In this document: in pieces, positions 1 through 9,503 of the stretch
Position numbering within the stretch: the first letter of the stretch is position 1
How the letters are laid out: the number at the start of each line of letters is the position of its first letter
DNA from: an uncultured Limnohabitans sp.
Lineage (GTDB): Bacteria; Pseudomonadota; Gammaproteobacteria; Burkholderiales; Burkholderiaceae_C
Length of the DNA: 64,000 nucleotides
NCBI GenBank assembly: GCA_964544175.1
Contig: CAZJAL010000009.1
Coordinates: 9,818 to 73,817, forward strand
Direction: 5' to 3'
Made by a program: the position numbers and the translations under genes
The notes under the pieces: model-generated
What the model was told of the DNA's origin: nothing
The model's input: the letters and a program-made list of their open reading frames with translations, nothing else
Database searches by the model: none

Positions 1-1502
1 TGATTGGCCAACATGCGCATCAAATTGGCCGAGACGTAGTCCACAATTTGACCGCCGCCTGCAGAGCCGCCCAGCGTCATCAGTTCGCCTTTTTCATCAA
101 ACACCATGGTGGGGGCCATGGAGGTGACAGGGCGTTTACCGGGTTCCATTTTGTTGGGCGCAATTTCACCAGGCTTGGGCGAGGTTGTGAAGTTGGTCAT
201 GGCGTTGTTCAAAATATAGCCTTGCACCAAAATGCGTGAACCAAAATTCAAGTTGTTGGTGGTGGTCATGGTGACCGCATTGCCTTCTGCATCCACCACG
301 GCCAATTGGGTGGTGGCATCTGAGCTGGGTGCAACAGTCACTTGTGCCGTCTCGAGGGGGGAGGGTTGGGCGCTCAGCGTGAGAGGTTGACCTGCTTTGT
401 AGCTAGGCAGGGTTTGATTTTGAATCAACGCAGCACGTTGTTTTAAGTAGTCGGCTTTGACCAATGCTTCGGCGGGCACTTTGAAAAACGCGGGGTCGGC
501 CACATATTGATGACGATCGACTTGGGCTAGTTTGCCGGCTTCAGCAAATGTGTGCGCAAAATCGGGCTGACTGAAATCGACTCGGTTGCCCCACTTGGCT
601 TCAAGAATTTGCAAGACTTGAAGCACCACCACGCCGCCAAAAGAAGGCGGCGCCATGACACACACTTTGTATTGCAGGTAAGGCGCGCACAGTGGCTGGC
701 GTTGTTCAACTTTGTAGTTCTTTAAATCATCCTCTGTCATCAGGGAGGGCCTGAACCCCCTCTGGGTGGCGGCCACAAACTCTGCCCCTGCGCCCTCCGT
801 CCAAATGGCAGAAGGGCCTTGTACTGCTATTTTTCTCAAGGTTTGTGCGTAGACAGGATTCACAATTTTGCTGCCTACTGGCCTAACTTTTTGCGTCTCG
901 TCAAAATACAAAGCAAGCAGTTCAGGGTGATCTTGCGCGGCTGTAGGCGCCGACAAAATTTGATGCATATAGGCCGGCAAGGGAAAGCCATTGGCAGCGG
1001 CATCGATGGCCGGCGCGAACAAAACGTGCCATGGCAGTTTGCCAAACTTGGCATGAACTTGAGCCAACAAGGGCAGGGTGCCTGGCACGCCTGCACTGCG
1101 CCCACCGCGGCCCATGGCGGCATAAGGCAGACGGCTGCCATCGACATCGGTGGTTAAAGAGGCCGTGACTTTTTGAGGCGCGGCCGCCAAGCCGTCAAAG
1201 CTGGTGAGTGATTTTTGACGGGCATCCCAGTGCATCAAAAAACTACCCCCGCCCAAGCCCGACGATTGAGATTCCACCAAGCCCAACATGAGTTGTGCGG
1301 CGATGGCGGCATCGGCGGCAGAGCCGCCTTGTTGGAGCATTTTGAGTGCTGCTTCAGTGGCAAGGGGATGGGCCGTGGTTGCTGCAACAGGGGCTGATTT
1401 TTGGGTGATGTCAACATAAGTTGATTGACCATGGGCACCAGAACTGGCCACCCACAAGGCCAAGCAAAGCACCACCCGATGTTGCCATCCGCGTTGGGTC
1501 AT
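1..1502 (-). CDS. ggt: gamma-glutamyltransferase (start present, 3' end runs off left window edge)
   Basis: Absent from the ORF track because it is open at the edge. My own minus-strand translation from ATG 1502-1500 gives MTQRGWQHRVVLCLALWVASSGAHG (signal) ...LVESQSSGLGGGSFLMHWD. Near the left edge it reads PNKMEPGKRPVTSMAPTMVFDEKGELMTLGGSAGGGQIVDYV, the GGT autoprocessing Thr region and small-subunit GG motif. Confidence 0.85.
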   Translation of the reverse strand, partial: MTQRGWQHRVVLCLALWVASSGAHGQSTYVDITQKSAPVAATTAHPLATEAALKMLQQGGSAADAAIAAQLMLGLVESQSSGLGGGSFLMHWDARQKSLTSFDGLAAAPQKVTASLTTDVDGSRLPYAAMGRGGRSAGVPGTLPLLAQVHAKFGKLPWHVLFAPAIDAAANGFPLPAYMHQILSAPTAAQDHPELLALYFDETQKVRPVGSKIVNPVYAQTLRKIAVQGPSAIWTEGAGAEFVAATQRGFRPSLMTEDDLKNYKVEQRQPLCAPYLQYKVCVMAPPSFGGVVVLQVLQILEAKWGNRVDFSQPDFAHTFAEAGKLAQVDRHQYVADPAFFKVPAEALVKADYLKQRAALIQNQTLPSYKAGQPLTLSAQPSPLETAQVTVAPSSDATTQLAVVDAEGNAVTMTTTNNLNFGSRILVQGYILNNAMTNFTTSPKPGEIAPNKMEPGKRPVTSMAPTMVFDEKGELMTLGGSAGGGQIVDYVSANLMRMLAN

Positions 1503-1627
1503 GAAATGACGCTTCCATTGATGCATGTCAGGTTTCCTTGTGCCATAGATAAATTACCATTCATGCATTTTGTGCCTTCAGACACCCAGCCGTCAGTCGC
1601 CTGTCGGACTGCGTGCAAAATACGCCT

Positions 1628-3250
1628 ATGACGACCGAAGTTTTACCCTCTGTTTACCTGACAGCCGCCTTTTACAAGTTTGTGGCACTGCCCGACTTTG
1701 CCAGCAAGCGCGCGCCTCTTTTGGCGTTCTGTGAGGCTCACAATGTGAAGGGTTTGATTTTGTTGGCCGAGGAGGGCATCAACAGCACCATCGCTGGGGC
1801 CCCTGCCGACGTTCATGCGGTGCTGGCCTATTTGCGATCTGATCCGCGTTTGGCCGATTTGGAGCACAAGGAGTCTTTTGCGCAAAAGGCACCCTTTCAT
1901 CGGATGAAGGTGCGCTTGAAAAAAGAAATTGTGACCATGGGCGTGGAAGGCTTGAGTCCCACCAAGCGTGTGGGGCAGTACGTCAAGCCAGAAGACTGGA
2001 ATGCTTTGATCACCTCACCCGATGTGGTGGTGATTGATACACGCAACGATTACGAAGTGGAAATTGGCACTTTTAAAGGTGCGGTGGACCCTGACATCCA
2101 AAGTTTCTCTCAACTCACCCAATGGGTGAAAGACGCCCAAGAGTTGGCCGAAAAAGAGGGTAAGAAACCCAGAGTGGCCATGTTTTGTACGGGCGGTATT
2201 CGATGCGAAAAATCAACCTCGCTCATGTTGGAACACGGCTTTGAGGATGTCTACCATTTACAAGGCGGTATCTTGAAGTATCTAGAAGTGGTGCCGCCAG
2301 AAAAAAGCCTCTGGGAAGGTGAGTGCTTCGTTTTTGACGAACGCGTGTCGGTTGGGCATGGTTTGGTTCCTGGCCCTCATGAATTGTGCCGTGCCTGCCG
2401 CGAGCCCTTGCCCGCGGATGCCAAGCAGTCGCCGTTGTTTGAGTTGGGTGTGAGTTGCCCAAGATGCCACGCCCACACCACTGAGACGCAAAAGAACAGT
2501 GCACGTGAGCGTCAAAAGCAATGGGAAATTGCCAAAGAAAGGCAGATCAATCATATTGGAACGCCACAGCGCCAAGAGCGCTTGGCTGAGTTGCTGCCCA
2601 CCGACGCACCGATCTTGTATTCATTCCGCAGATGCCCTTATGCGATGCGTGCGCGCATGGCGCTGCTGGTCAGTGGCATTCGCTGTGAGATGCGTGAAAT
2701 AGCACTCTCGCAAAAGCCAGAAGGCATGCTGGCCGCATCACCCAAAGGCACAGTGCCTGTCTTGGTTTTGAAGGACCAGGTGATCGATCAAAGTTTGGAC
2801 ATCATGCATTGGGCATTGAATCAGAGCGATCCTCAAAATTGGTCGACCCGCAACACCCCCTTCGATGAAGAGGCACTAGCCTTGGTGAGCGAGTGCGATG
2901 AAGCATTCAAACGCAATTTAGACCGCTACAAATACCCCAATCGTTACGATTTGCCGTCAGGTCTTGAGCACCGAGAGGCCGGCGCGGTTTACTTGATGCA
3001 ACTCAACGAACGCCTAAAGCACGCACCCCATTTGATGGGCTCAGCATTCACTTGGGTGGATGCTGCCATTGCACCCTTTGTTCGCCAATACGCCAGAACT
3101 GATCGCGATTGGTTTGATGCGCAAAATTGGCCTGCCCTCAAAGCATGGCTAGAGAATTTTGAAAACTCTGAGGCTTATTCAACGGTGATGCACAGGTACA
3201 AGGTCTGGCATCAAGATGCCAAGCCTGTGGCTTTTCCGGCAACGTCTTGA
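1628..3250 (+). CDS. TrhO/YceA-type rhodanese (tRNA U34 hydroxylase family) fused to a C-terminal GST/Grx2-like thioredoxin-fold domain
   Basis: ORF 1613-3250 starts at GTG; the first ATG is 1628 (MTTEVLPSVYLTAAFYKF). The N-terminal part has EGINSTIAG, the rhodanese loop CTGGIRCEK and the Cys cluster CRACRE...CPRCH. After a K/E/Q/R-rich linker the last ~210 aa show LYSFRRCPYAMRARMAL and SPKGTVPVL, typical of GST N-domains. Confidence 0.8.
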   Translation: MTTEVLPSVYLTAAFYKFVALPDFASKRAPLLAFCEAHNVKGLILLAEEGINSTIAGAPADVHAVLAYLRSDPRLADLEHKESFAQKAPFHRMKVRLKKEIVTMGVEGLSPTKRVGQYVKPEDWNALITSPDVVVIDTRNDYEVEIGTFKGAVDPDIQSFSQLTQWVKDAQELAEKEGKKPRVAMFCTGGIRCEKSTSLMLEHGFEDVYHLQGGILKYLEVVPPEKSLWEGECFVFDERVSVGHGLVPGPHELCRACREPLPADAKQSPLFELGVSCPRCHAHTTETQKNSARERQKQWEIAKERQINHIGTPQRQERLAELLPTDAPILYSFRRCPYAMRARMALLVSGIRCEMREIALSQKPEGMLAASPKGTVPVLVLKDQVIDQSLDIMHWALNQSDPQNWSTRNTPFDEEALALVSECDEAFKRNLDRYKYPNRYDLPSGLEHREAGAVYLMQLNERLKHAPHLMGSAFTWVDAAIAPFVRQYARTDRDWFDAQNWPALKAWLENFENSEAYSTVMHRYKVWHQDAKPVAFPATS

Positions 3251-4161
3251 ATGAATTTCGTGGTGAGCTCGGCTTGCGTGACAGGCAACATGTGACCGCC
3301 ACTGACCAATGTCACTTGCGCGCCACGAATGCGCTGGGGTAACTCTTCGCCATTGAGTTTGCTGCTCAAGATGCGGTCTTCGCGGCCATACAACACACTG
3401 ACCGGTGTGGTCATAGAGGCATAGGCCGCTTCAATGTCGGGCATGCTCCACCGCACGTTCTGCAAATCAGAGGAGGCGGTGATGAAGGTTTGAGGTTTGA
3501 GCGACAAAATACCGCCACCCCGAATGGCAAAGTCGGCAGGTGCTTTTTCGGGGCCAAAGATGACTTTTAAGGTCTTTGAAATTTTGAACAAAGAGCCAGG
3601 TACAGCCACGGTCCAAGCCACCAATTGTCGAACGGAAGCAGACTGAATGTCGAGTGCTTTAAACACAGGCGATGGTTTGTCTGGCGCGTGGGTCAAAGGT
3701 GCAATCAATGCCAATGCTTTGACCTTGTTAGGGTGTCTTTGAGCAGCCGCCAATGAAATGGCGCCGCCTAAAGAGTGACCCACTAGCACAGCCGATTCAA
3801 TGTTCAAATGATCTAGCAAACTCACGATGGTGTCGGCTTGAGCTTCGAGGCTGGCGTCCGCACCATTCTCTCGCGTGGAATAACCACAGCCTGGTCGGTC
3901 TACCGTCAGCACGCGAAAGTGTTGCGACAAAGGCTTGGCAACACCGTACGCAAAATTGTGCAGGTTGCCCGCCAAGCCATGAATCAAAACAACTGTAGGC
4001 CCACTGCCTTGATCCAGGTAGTGAAGGCGGGTGTTGCCCAGCTGCGCAAACTGACCCACTGACGGTAGGTATTGTTCAGCTTTTTTGTTGGAAAAGCTGG
4101 AGAACAGCACCAGTCCAAGCGTACTCATGAATACCAAAAACAAAATCCACAGGGCTAGCAT
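3211..4161 (-). CDS. alpha/beta-fold hydrolase
   Basis: 316 aa ORF with an N-terminal TM helix, oxyanion motif VVLIHGLAGN, nucleophile elbow GHSLGG and C-terminal GGHMLP. It is the last gene of a co-directional operon and overlaps the 3' end of the convergent 1628-3250 gene by 40 nt. Confidence 0.8.
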   Translation of the reverse strand: MLALWILFLVFMSTLGLVLFSSFSNKKAEQYLPSVGQFAQLGNTRLHYLDQGSGPTVVLIHGLAGNLHNFAYGVAKPLSQHFRVLTVDRPGCGYSTRENGADASLEAQADTIVSLLDHLNIESAVLVGHSLGGAISLAAAQRHPNKVKALALIAPLTHAPDKPSPVFKALDIQSASVRQLVAWTVAVPGSLFKISKTLKVIFGPEKAPADFAIRGGGILSLKPQTFITASSDLQNVRWSMPDIEAAYASMTTPVSVLYGREDRILSSKLNGEELPQRIRGAQVTLVSGGHMLPVTQAELTTKFIQDVAGKATGLAS

Positions 4162-4182
4162 TGAAAAGTCCTTAGTCGCAAA

Positions 4183-5661
4183 TTAGCTGAATTGCATGAC
4201 GCCATCGTTGAGGCGGCCATATTTAATCAACAGGATATCTTTTAGATAATTTTGATTCACTTGCCAAGGCGCACGCGCGCCTTGCTTCGGCAAAATTTGA
4301 TTGGCGCGCTGAATGTAACCCGAAGTGAATGACAGATAGTTTTGTGTTTCAACAGACGGGTCGCGAACCGGGACGGCTTTTTGATAGCCATGCTTGCGCA
4401 TGTAGTTGATCAACCGGCAGGTGTACACCGCCGTCAGGTCGGCTTTCAAGGTCCAGGATGCATTGGTATAGCCAAAGGTCATGACGGCATTGGGCAGATC
4501 AGACAACCACATGCCGCGATAGGCCATGGCTTGTGAGGCTTCAAAACGCTTGCCATCGACTTCAATGTGAATGTCGCCTAACATGTTGAGGGTGAGGCCA
4601 GTGGCGGACACAATGATGTCGGCCTGTAGCTTTTGGCCACTGTTTAAAACAATGCCATCGGCTTCAATGCTTTGTATGGTGTCGGTGACCACGCTGGCTT
4701 TGCCATGACGTATTTGACGAAACAAATCACCGTCGGGCACCAAGCACAAGCGTTGATCCCAGGGCTTGTAGTTAGGTGAAAAATTCTGCGCCAATTGGTC
4801 TGAACGCAATTGCACCGCAGCCAGTTTCACCAGGTACTTTTTGACGAACTCTGGTTTTCTGCGAGCCAGTTGATAGGTGAGCATGCCCATCACAACATTT
4901 TTGGTGCGCGTCAGTTGGTAAGCCAGTTTCATGGGCAGGTACTTCTGCAGCCACAAAGACACGCCATCTTGGCCGGGGCGAGAAATGACATAGGTGGGGG
5001 AGCGCTGCAGCATGGTGACGTGGGCTGCTGATTTAGCCATCTCGGGCACGATGGTGACAGCCGTTGCGCCACTGCCAATGACCACCACATTTTTTTGCGC
5101 GTAGTCTAAGTTGGCTGGCCAAAATTGAGGATGAACCCATTGGCCTTTAAATTGTGCTTGGCCCGGAAAGTCAGGCTGATGCCCAGACTTGTAGCTGTAA
5201 TAGCCACAGCACAGATACAAAAATCGTGTTTTGAGAATGACGGGTTCTGTGGTGCCGCGCTGCGTGGCGGTCACGGTCCAACAAGCCTCTGAGCTAGACC
5301 AAGAGGCATGCGTCACAGCGTGTCCATGGCGAATGTGTTGTGTGATGCCGTTTTCGCGGGCTGTTTCTTCAATGTATTGGCGAATGGTGCTGCCATCGGC
5401 AATGGATTTGGCATCGAGCCAAGGCTTGAAGGCATAACCCAAGGTGTACATGTCGGAGTCGGAACGAATGCCGGGATAGCGAAACAAATCCCAGGTGCCA
5501 CCAATGGCATCTCGCGATTCCAAAATACACCAACTGGTTTTGGGGCAATGCATTTGCAAATGCTTGGCAGCCCCAATGCCCGACAAACCTGCACCCACAA
5601 TTAAGACATCGAGGGGGAGGGGGTTGTCTTTTTTGTATGCATTCTGAGTCGCGGCGTTCAT
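4183..5661 (-). CDS. FAD-dependent Baeyer-Villiger/flavin monooxygenase, EthA-like
   Basis: 492 aa with GAGLSGIGAA Rossmann motif, WDLFRYPGIRSDSDMYTLGY, BVMO-type fingerprint FKGQWVHPQFW and a second GSGATAV motif. It is collinear with my recollection of M. tuberculosis EthA. Confidence 0.85.
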   Translation of the reverse strand: MNAATQNAYKKDNPLPLDVLIVGAGLSGIGAAKHLQMHCPKTSWCILESRDAIGGTWDLFRYPGIRSDSDMYTLGYAFKPWLDAKSIADGSTIRQYIEETARENGITQHIRHGHAVTHASWSSSEACWTVTATQRGTTEPVILKTRFLYLCCGYYSYKSGHQPDFPGQAQFKGQWVHPQFWPANLDYAQKNVVVIGSGATAVTIVPEMAKSAAHVTMLQRSPTYVISRPGQDGVSLWLQKYLPMKLAYQLTRTKNVVMGMLTYQLARRKPEFVKKYLVKLAAVQLRSDQLAQNFSPNYKPWDQRLCLVPDGDLFRQIRHGKASVVTDTIQSIEADGIVLNSGQKLQADIIVSATGLTLNMLGDIHIEVDGKRFEASQAMAYRGMWLSDLPNAVMTFGYTNASWTLKADLTAVYTCRLINYMRKHGYQKAVPVRDPSVETQNYLSFTSGYIQRANQILPKQGARAPWQVNQNYLKDILLIKYGRLNDGVMQFS

Positions 5662-5663
5662 GA

Positions 5664-6371
5664 TTAAACTCCGAGACTTTCTAAAGTGACCAAACCCTTG
5701 GGCGTTTGCAACACAGCCGTGATGTTGGCAGGGCCTTCAGTGATGGCGATGTCTTTGAGGTGGATGGCGTCGTAGGCCAATTGCAACTTGCTTGCGCTGG
5801 GATGCGCGACCGACAAACTTTTGAGTGAAATCTTAGAGCGAGGCAAATGATTTCGAGGGTGCAACTGCATGGGGTCGGCGGCTTCAGGCTTGCCCCATTG
5901 AATGAGGGTGGGCAGCGTGCCGTTGAACAGCCTGTCACCATCTTGTCGCACTGTGATTTGCCATTGCAACAAGCCCTTGGGTGTTTTGCGACTGGCATGG
6001 ATGATGGGGCCACGATCGATGCCTTGGGCCTTCCACGCATGCCGTGCATCTTGGATGTTGTCGGTGTTGACCACAAAGTGAATGAGACGAGGCGATTTTT
6101 TTAACTCGGCCTGTAGGTCTTTGTTGTCCAGGTCAAACCAGCGGGTGGGCGGTGGTTTTTTTTCAATCACAGCCTCAGGGTTGATTGCAATGATCTCGAA
6201 ATAGGCCACCGGAAAACCGGGTGTGGCAATTTTGAAGAGTCGGTTGTGGGTGCCGTATTTTTCGTGTTCGCCACCCGCTGCAGGCGTGATGCCCAAAACA
6301 GACTCACACCATTCGACACCTTGTTGCAGGCTATGGGCTGCAACGACCAGATGGTCAACTTGACTTTTCAT
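5664..6371 (-). CDS. VOC (glyoxalase-like domain) family protein
   Basis: ORF 5664-6374; the ATG at 6371 overlaps the upstream stop (ATGA junction). The N-terminus KSQVDHLVVAAHSLQQGVEWCESVLG resembles glyoxalase-like domain proteins. Confidence 0.6.
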   Translation of the reverse strand: MKSQVDHLVVAAHSLQQGVEWCESVLGITPAAGGEHEKYGTHNRLFKIATPGFPVAYFEIIAINPEAVIEKKPPPTRWFDLDNKDLQAELKKSPRLIHFVVNTDNIQDARHAWKAQGIDRGPIIHASRKTPKGLLQWQITVRQDGDRLFNGTLPTLIQWGKPEAADPMQLHPRNHLPRSKISLKSLSVAHPSASKLQLAYDAIHLKDIAITEGPANITAVLQTPKGLVTLESLGV

Positions 6372-7411
6372 CAAGCAGCTTCAAAGTCAATTTGAACTTT
6401 GAGGGACTTCGACTTGTCGCAAGCCAGTTCAAATGCGTCGATGGCTTTGTCCATGGGCAACACGCCCGTGATGACCGGCTTGCCATTGATCAAGCCTGAG
6501 TTAAGAAATTGCACCGCATTGGCAAATTCTGGGTGGAAACGGAATGTTCCGCGAAGATCGACTTCCTTGGCCACAAGTTGGGTCATGGGAATGCTCATGT
6601 CGCCGCCCATGCCCACTGAAACCAAGATACCACGGGGCATGATGACATCTAAGCCAGCACGCAAAGCGGGCTCGCTGCCAGACGCTTCAAAGACCGCTTC
6701 AAACTGGCCTTTGTCGATTTTGTATTTGTCGAGTAAGGCTGGCTGAGTTTTGAGGTTGATGGTTTCGTCTGCGCCCATTTCTTTGGCACATTGAAGGGGC
6801 AGGTCGGCAATGTCGGCGGCCACAATGCGGGCGGCCCCCGCGCGTCGCAAAGCACCAATTAGCAAAGAGCCAATAGGGCCGCAACCCGTCACAAATACGT
6901 TCTTGCCCAACACACCGCCAGCACGTTGGATGGCGTGTAAGCCTACAGACAAAGGTTCGGCCAGGGCCGCTTCTGAGAGGCTCAGGTGCGCACCAATGGG
7001 GTGAGCCTGGTAGCCCTCAATGATGAGTTGTTCGGCAAAAGCGCCTTGAATGTGCGGGAAAGGCATGGCACTGCCAAAGAAACGCATGTTCAAGCAATGG
7101 TTTTGCTGGCCTAGTTGGCAAAAGCGGCATGAGCCGCAAGGGCGTGAAGGTGAAATGGCAATGCGCTGGCCCACCGCCAAGTGTTTGACATTGGCACCCA
7201 AGCCATCGACCACACCCGAAATTTCGTGCCCCAAGGCCATCGGCTGCTTGATGCGAACCGTGCCAAAACCACCGTGTTGGTAGTAATGCAAATCCGAGCC
7301 ACAAATGCCGCCAAAGGCAACTTTGACACGAACTTGGTCCGGCCCCATGGCTGGCAATTCAGTGGTTTCTATTCTTAAATCTTTGGCAGCGTGACAGATG
7401 AGAGCGCGCAT
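6371..7411 (-). CDS. idnD: Zn-dependent medium-chain dehydrogenase, L-idonate 5-dehydrogenase-like
   Basis: The ORF track extends to 7510, but MRALICHAAKDLR at 7411 is the sensible start. Motifs seen: GHEISGVV, CGSCRFCQLGQQNHC, GCGPIG. It sits between a 5-ketogluconate-reductase-like SDR and the rest of a gluconate operon. Confidence 0.7.
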   Translation of the reverse strand: MRALICHAAKDLRIETTELPAMGPDQVRVKVAFGGICGSDLHYYQHGGFGTVRIKQPMALGHEISGVVDGLGANVKHLAVGQRIAISPSRPCGSCRFCQLGQQNHCLNMRFFGSAMPFPHIQGAFAEQLIIEGYQAHPIGAHLSLSEAALAEPLSVGLHAIQRAGGVLGKNVFVTGCGPIGSLLIGALRRAGAARIVAADIADLPLQCAKEMGADETINLKTQPALLDKYKIDKGQFEAVFEASGSEPALRAGLDVIMPRGILVSVGMGGDMSIPMTQLVAKEVDLRGTFRFHPEFANAVQFLNSGLINGKPVITGVLPMDKAIDAFELACDKSKSLKVQIDFEAA

Positions 7412-7445
7412 GAGTGAACCTTCTAGGAAAAATTCGTTGCAATGC

Positions 7446-8216
7446 TTAGAGTGTAGCCGTGACGCCGCCATCCACGTACAGGATGTGGCCATTGACAAAC
7501 TTGGACGCATCGCTGGCCAAAAAGACCGCCGCGCCGCCTAAATCCTCAACATCGCCCCAGCGACGGCTAGGTGTGCGTCCTACCAACCAAGACGAGAACT
7601 GAGGGTCGTCAACCAACTTTTGATTGAGTTCGGTTTTGAAGTAGCCAGGGCCAATGCCGTTGACTTGAATGCCAAATTGCCCCCAATCGATGGCCATGCC
7701 TTTGGTGAACATTTTGACCGCGCCTTTGCTTGCGGTATAGGGCGCAATGCCAGGGCGGCCCAGTTCACTTTGCACGGAGCAGATGTTGATGATCTTGCCG
7801 CGGCCACGTGGAATCATTTTTTGCGCCACGGTCTTGCCAACGTAGTAAACACTGTCGAGGTTGGTGCGCATGAGGGTGTGCCAGTCTTCGTCCTTGTATT
7901 CATGCAAGGGACCGCGGATCTGCATGCCAGCGTTGTTGATCAAAATTTCAATGGCGCCAATTTCAGTTTCAATTTTTTGAACAGCTGCTGTGACATCTTG
8001 CGAGTGGGTGACATCGAAGACAGATTGGCTGACCTTCAAGCCTTCAGCCTGAAGTGTGGCAGCAGCGGCTGCAACTTTTTCGGCATTGCGCCCGTTAAGG
8101 ATGACATGTGCGCCTGCCTCGCCCAGTGCACGGGCCAAAGCAAAGCCAATGCCAGCAGACGAGCCCGTGATGAGCGCAAGTTTGCCGTTCAGTTGAAATG
8201 ATTGAAGTACTGTCAT
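7446..8216 (-). CDS. idnO: short-chain dehydrogenase, gluconate 5-dehydrogenase / 5-keto-D-gluconate reductase-like
   Basis: 256 aa with TGSSAGIG, NNAG and YTASKGAV SDR motifs. Operon context includes idnD-like and gluconokinase genes. Confidence 0.7.
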   Translation of the reverse strand: MTVLQSFQLNGKLALITGSSAGIGFALARALGEAGAHVILNGRNAEKVAAAAATLQAEGLKVSQSVFDVTHSQDVTAAVQKIETEIGAIEILINNAGMQIRGPLHEYKDEDWHTLMRTNLDSVYYVGKTVAQKMIPRGRGKIINICSVQSELGRPGIAPYTASKGAVKMFTKGMAIDWGQFGIQVNGIGPGYFKTELNQKLVDDPQFSSWLVGRTPSRRWGDVEDLGGAAVFLASDASKFVNGHILYVDGGVTATL

Positions 8217-8222
8217 AAAAAT

Positions 8223-9503
8223 TTAACTAGAAAGCCATTTAAGGGGGCCCAATACCAAGACTGGGAATGCGATCAGGAAGCCCATGACCACCACTTGAGA
8301 GATCAAGAAAGGCATGACGCCTCGAATGACGTCGTGCATGGGAATGCGCCCCACACCGCACACCACATTGAGCACTGTGCCCACAGGGGGTGTGAGCAAT
8401 CCAATGGCATTGTTGATGATGAACAAGACACCAAAGTAGACGGGGTTGATGCCAGCTTCTCGAACCAAGGGCATGAGCACAGGGGTCAAAATCAAAACCG
8501 TGGGTGCAAAGTCAAGGGCTGTCCCCACCACCAATACCAGAAGCATCAGCATGACCATCAATAGCATGGGGTTGTCGATGAAGGGGCGCATCATCTCAAC
8601 CACTTGGGCTGGGATGTTGGCGATGGTGATGAGCCAAGCTGAGACCAAGGCCGCGGCCACCAAGAACATGACCACAGAGGAAATTTTGGCTGCAGCCAAA
8701 ATGATGCGGTACAGATCTTTGAACTTGATTTCACGGTACACAAAGAGACCAATGACCAGCGCATAAACCACGGCGACCACCGCCGCTTCGGTAGGCGTGA
8801 ACACGCCCATTTTCATGCCACCAATGATGGTGAATGCCAAGAGGTAGCACCAGAAAGCATCGACCGTGACACGTATCTTTTCTTTCATGGGAACGCGCGG
8901 TGAAACTTTGACATTGTCTTTGCGCGCCACAATCCACCATGTGATGAGCAAAGCAACGCCCATCAAGATGCCTGGGAAAATACCTGCCATGAAGAGTTTG
9001 GAAATGGACACGCCACCAATGACGCCAAACAAAATAAAGCCAATGGAGGGCGGTATAACAGGCGCAATAATGCCGCCAGCGGCAATCAGGCCGGCAGAGC
9101 GGTCCATGCGGTACCCTGCTTCGCGCATCATGGGCATCAGAACGGCAGCCAATGCAGCGGTGTCGGCTACCGCAGAGCCAGACAGGCTGGCCATGATAAG
9201 GGCTGCAAACACGGCCACATAACCCAAGCCGCCACGGAAGTGGCCCACCCAAACCAATGCTGAGTTAACAATCCGGCGGCTCATGCCGCCAGCATTCATG
9301 AGCTCACCCGCCAACATGAAGAAAGGCACCGCCATCAATGGAAAATTGTCAGCACCATTGATTAAATTTTGAGACACGATTTGCGTGTCAAAGTTGTCGA
9401 GGTGCAGCATGAGGGCCACACCCGAGACAATCAGTGAAAAAGCCAAGGGCATACCCAAGGCCATGGCACCCAACAACGAAGCAATGAAAATGAAGACGGT
9501 CAT
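8223..9503 (-). CDS. dctM: TRAP transporter large permease
   Basis: 426 aa polytopic membrane protein (MTVFIFIASLLGAMALGMPLAF...). It overlaps the upstream small permease gene by 4 nt. Confidence 0.9.
   Translation of the reverse strand: MTVFIFIASLLGAMALGMPLAFSLIVSGVALMLHLDNFDTQIVSQNLINGADNFPLMAVPFFMLAGELMNAGGMSRRIVNSALVWVGHFRGGLGYVAVFAALIMASLSGSAVADTAALAAVLMPMMREAGYRMDRSAGLIAAGGIIAPVIPPSIGFILFGVIGGVSISKLFMAGIFPGILMGVALLITWWIVARKDNVKVSPRVPMKEKIRVTVDAFWCYLLAFTIIGGMKMGVFTPTEAAVVAVVYALVIGLFVYREIKFKDLYRIILAAAKISSVVMFLVAAALVSAWLITIANIPAQVVEMMRPFIDNPMLLMVMLMLLVLVVGTALDFAPTVLILTPVLMPLVREAGINPVYFGVLFIINNAIGLLTPPVGTVLNVVCGVGRIPMHDVIRGVMPFLISQVVVMGFLIAFPVLVLGPLKWLSS

Noticed and set aside
6371-7510. 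Upstream extensions of several track ORFs: 7412-7510, 11070-11111, 15319-15348, 16982-17041, 24992-25099, 33209-33277, 38412-38534, 49271-49414, 50055-50105 and 51325-51432.
   Set aside because: Internal ATG codons give proper signal peptides or conserved N-termini and remove overlaps with neighbouring genes. The extensions look like read-through to the first in-frame alternative start codon.
7620-8201. Long ORFs lying antisense inside strong genes, for example 7620-8201(+), 8731-9252(-), 14635-15303(+), 23426-24007(+), 28894-29439(-) and 50630-51112(-).
   Set aside because: Each lies entirely within a gene with clear family motifs on the opposite strand or in another frame. Their translations are low-complexity, Arg/Gly/His-rich products typical of shadow ORFs, and none has an RBS or a recognisable domain.
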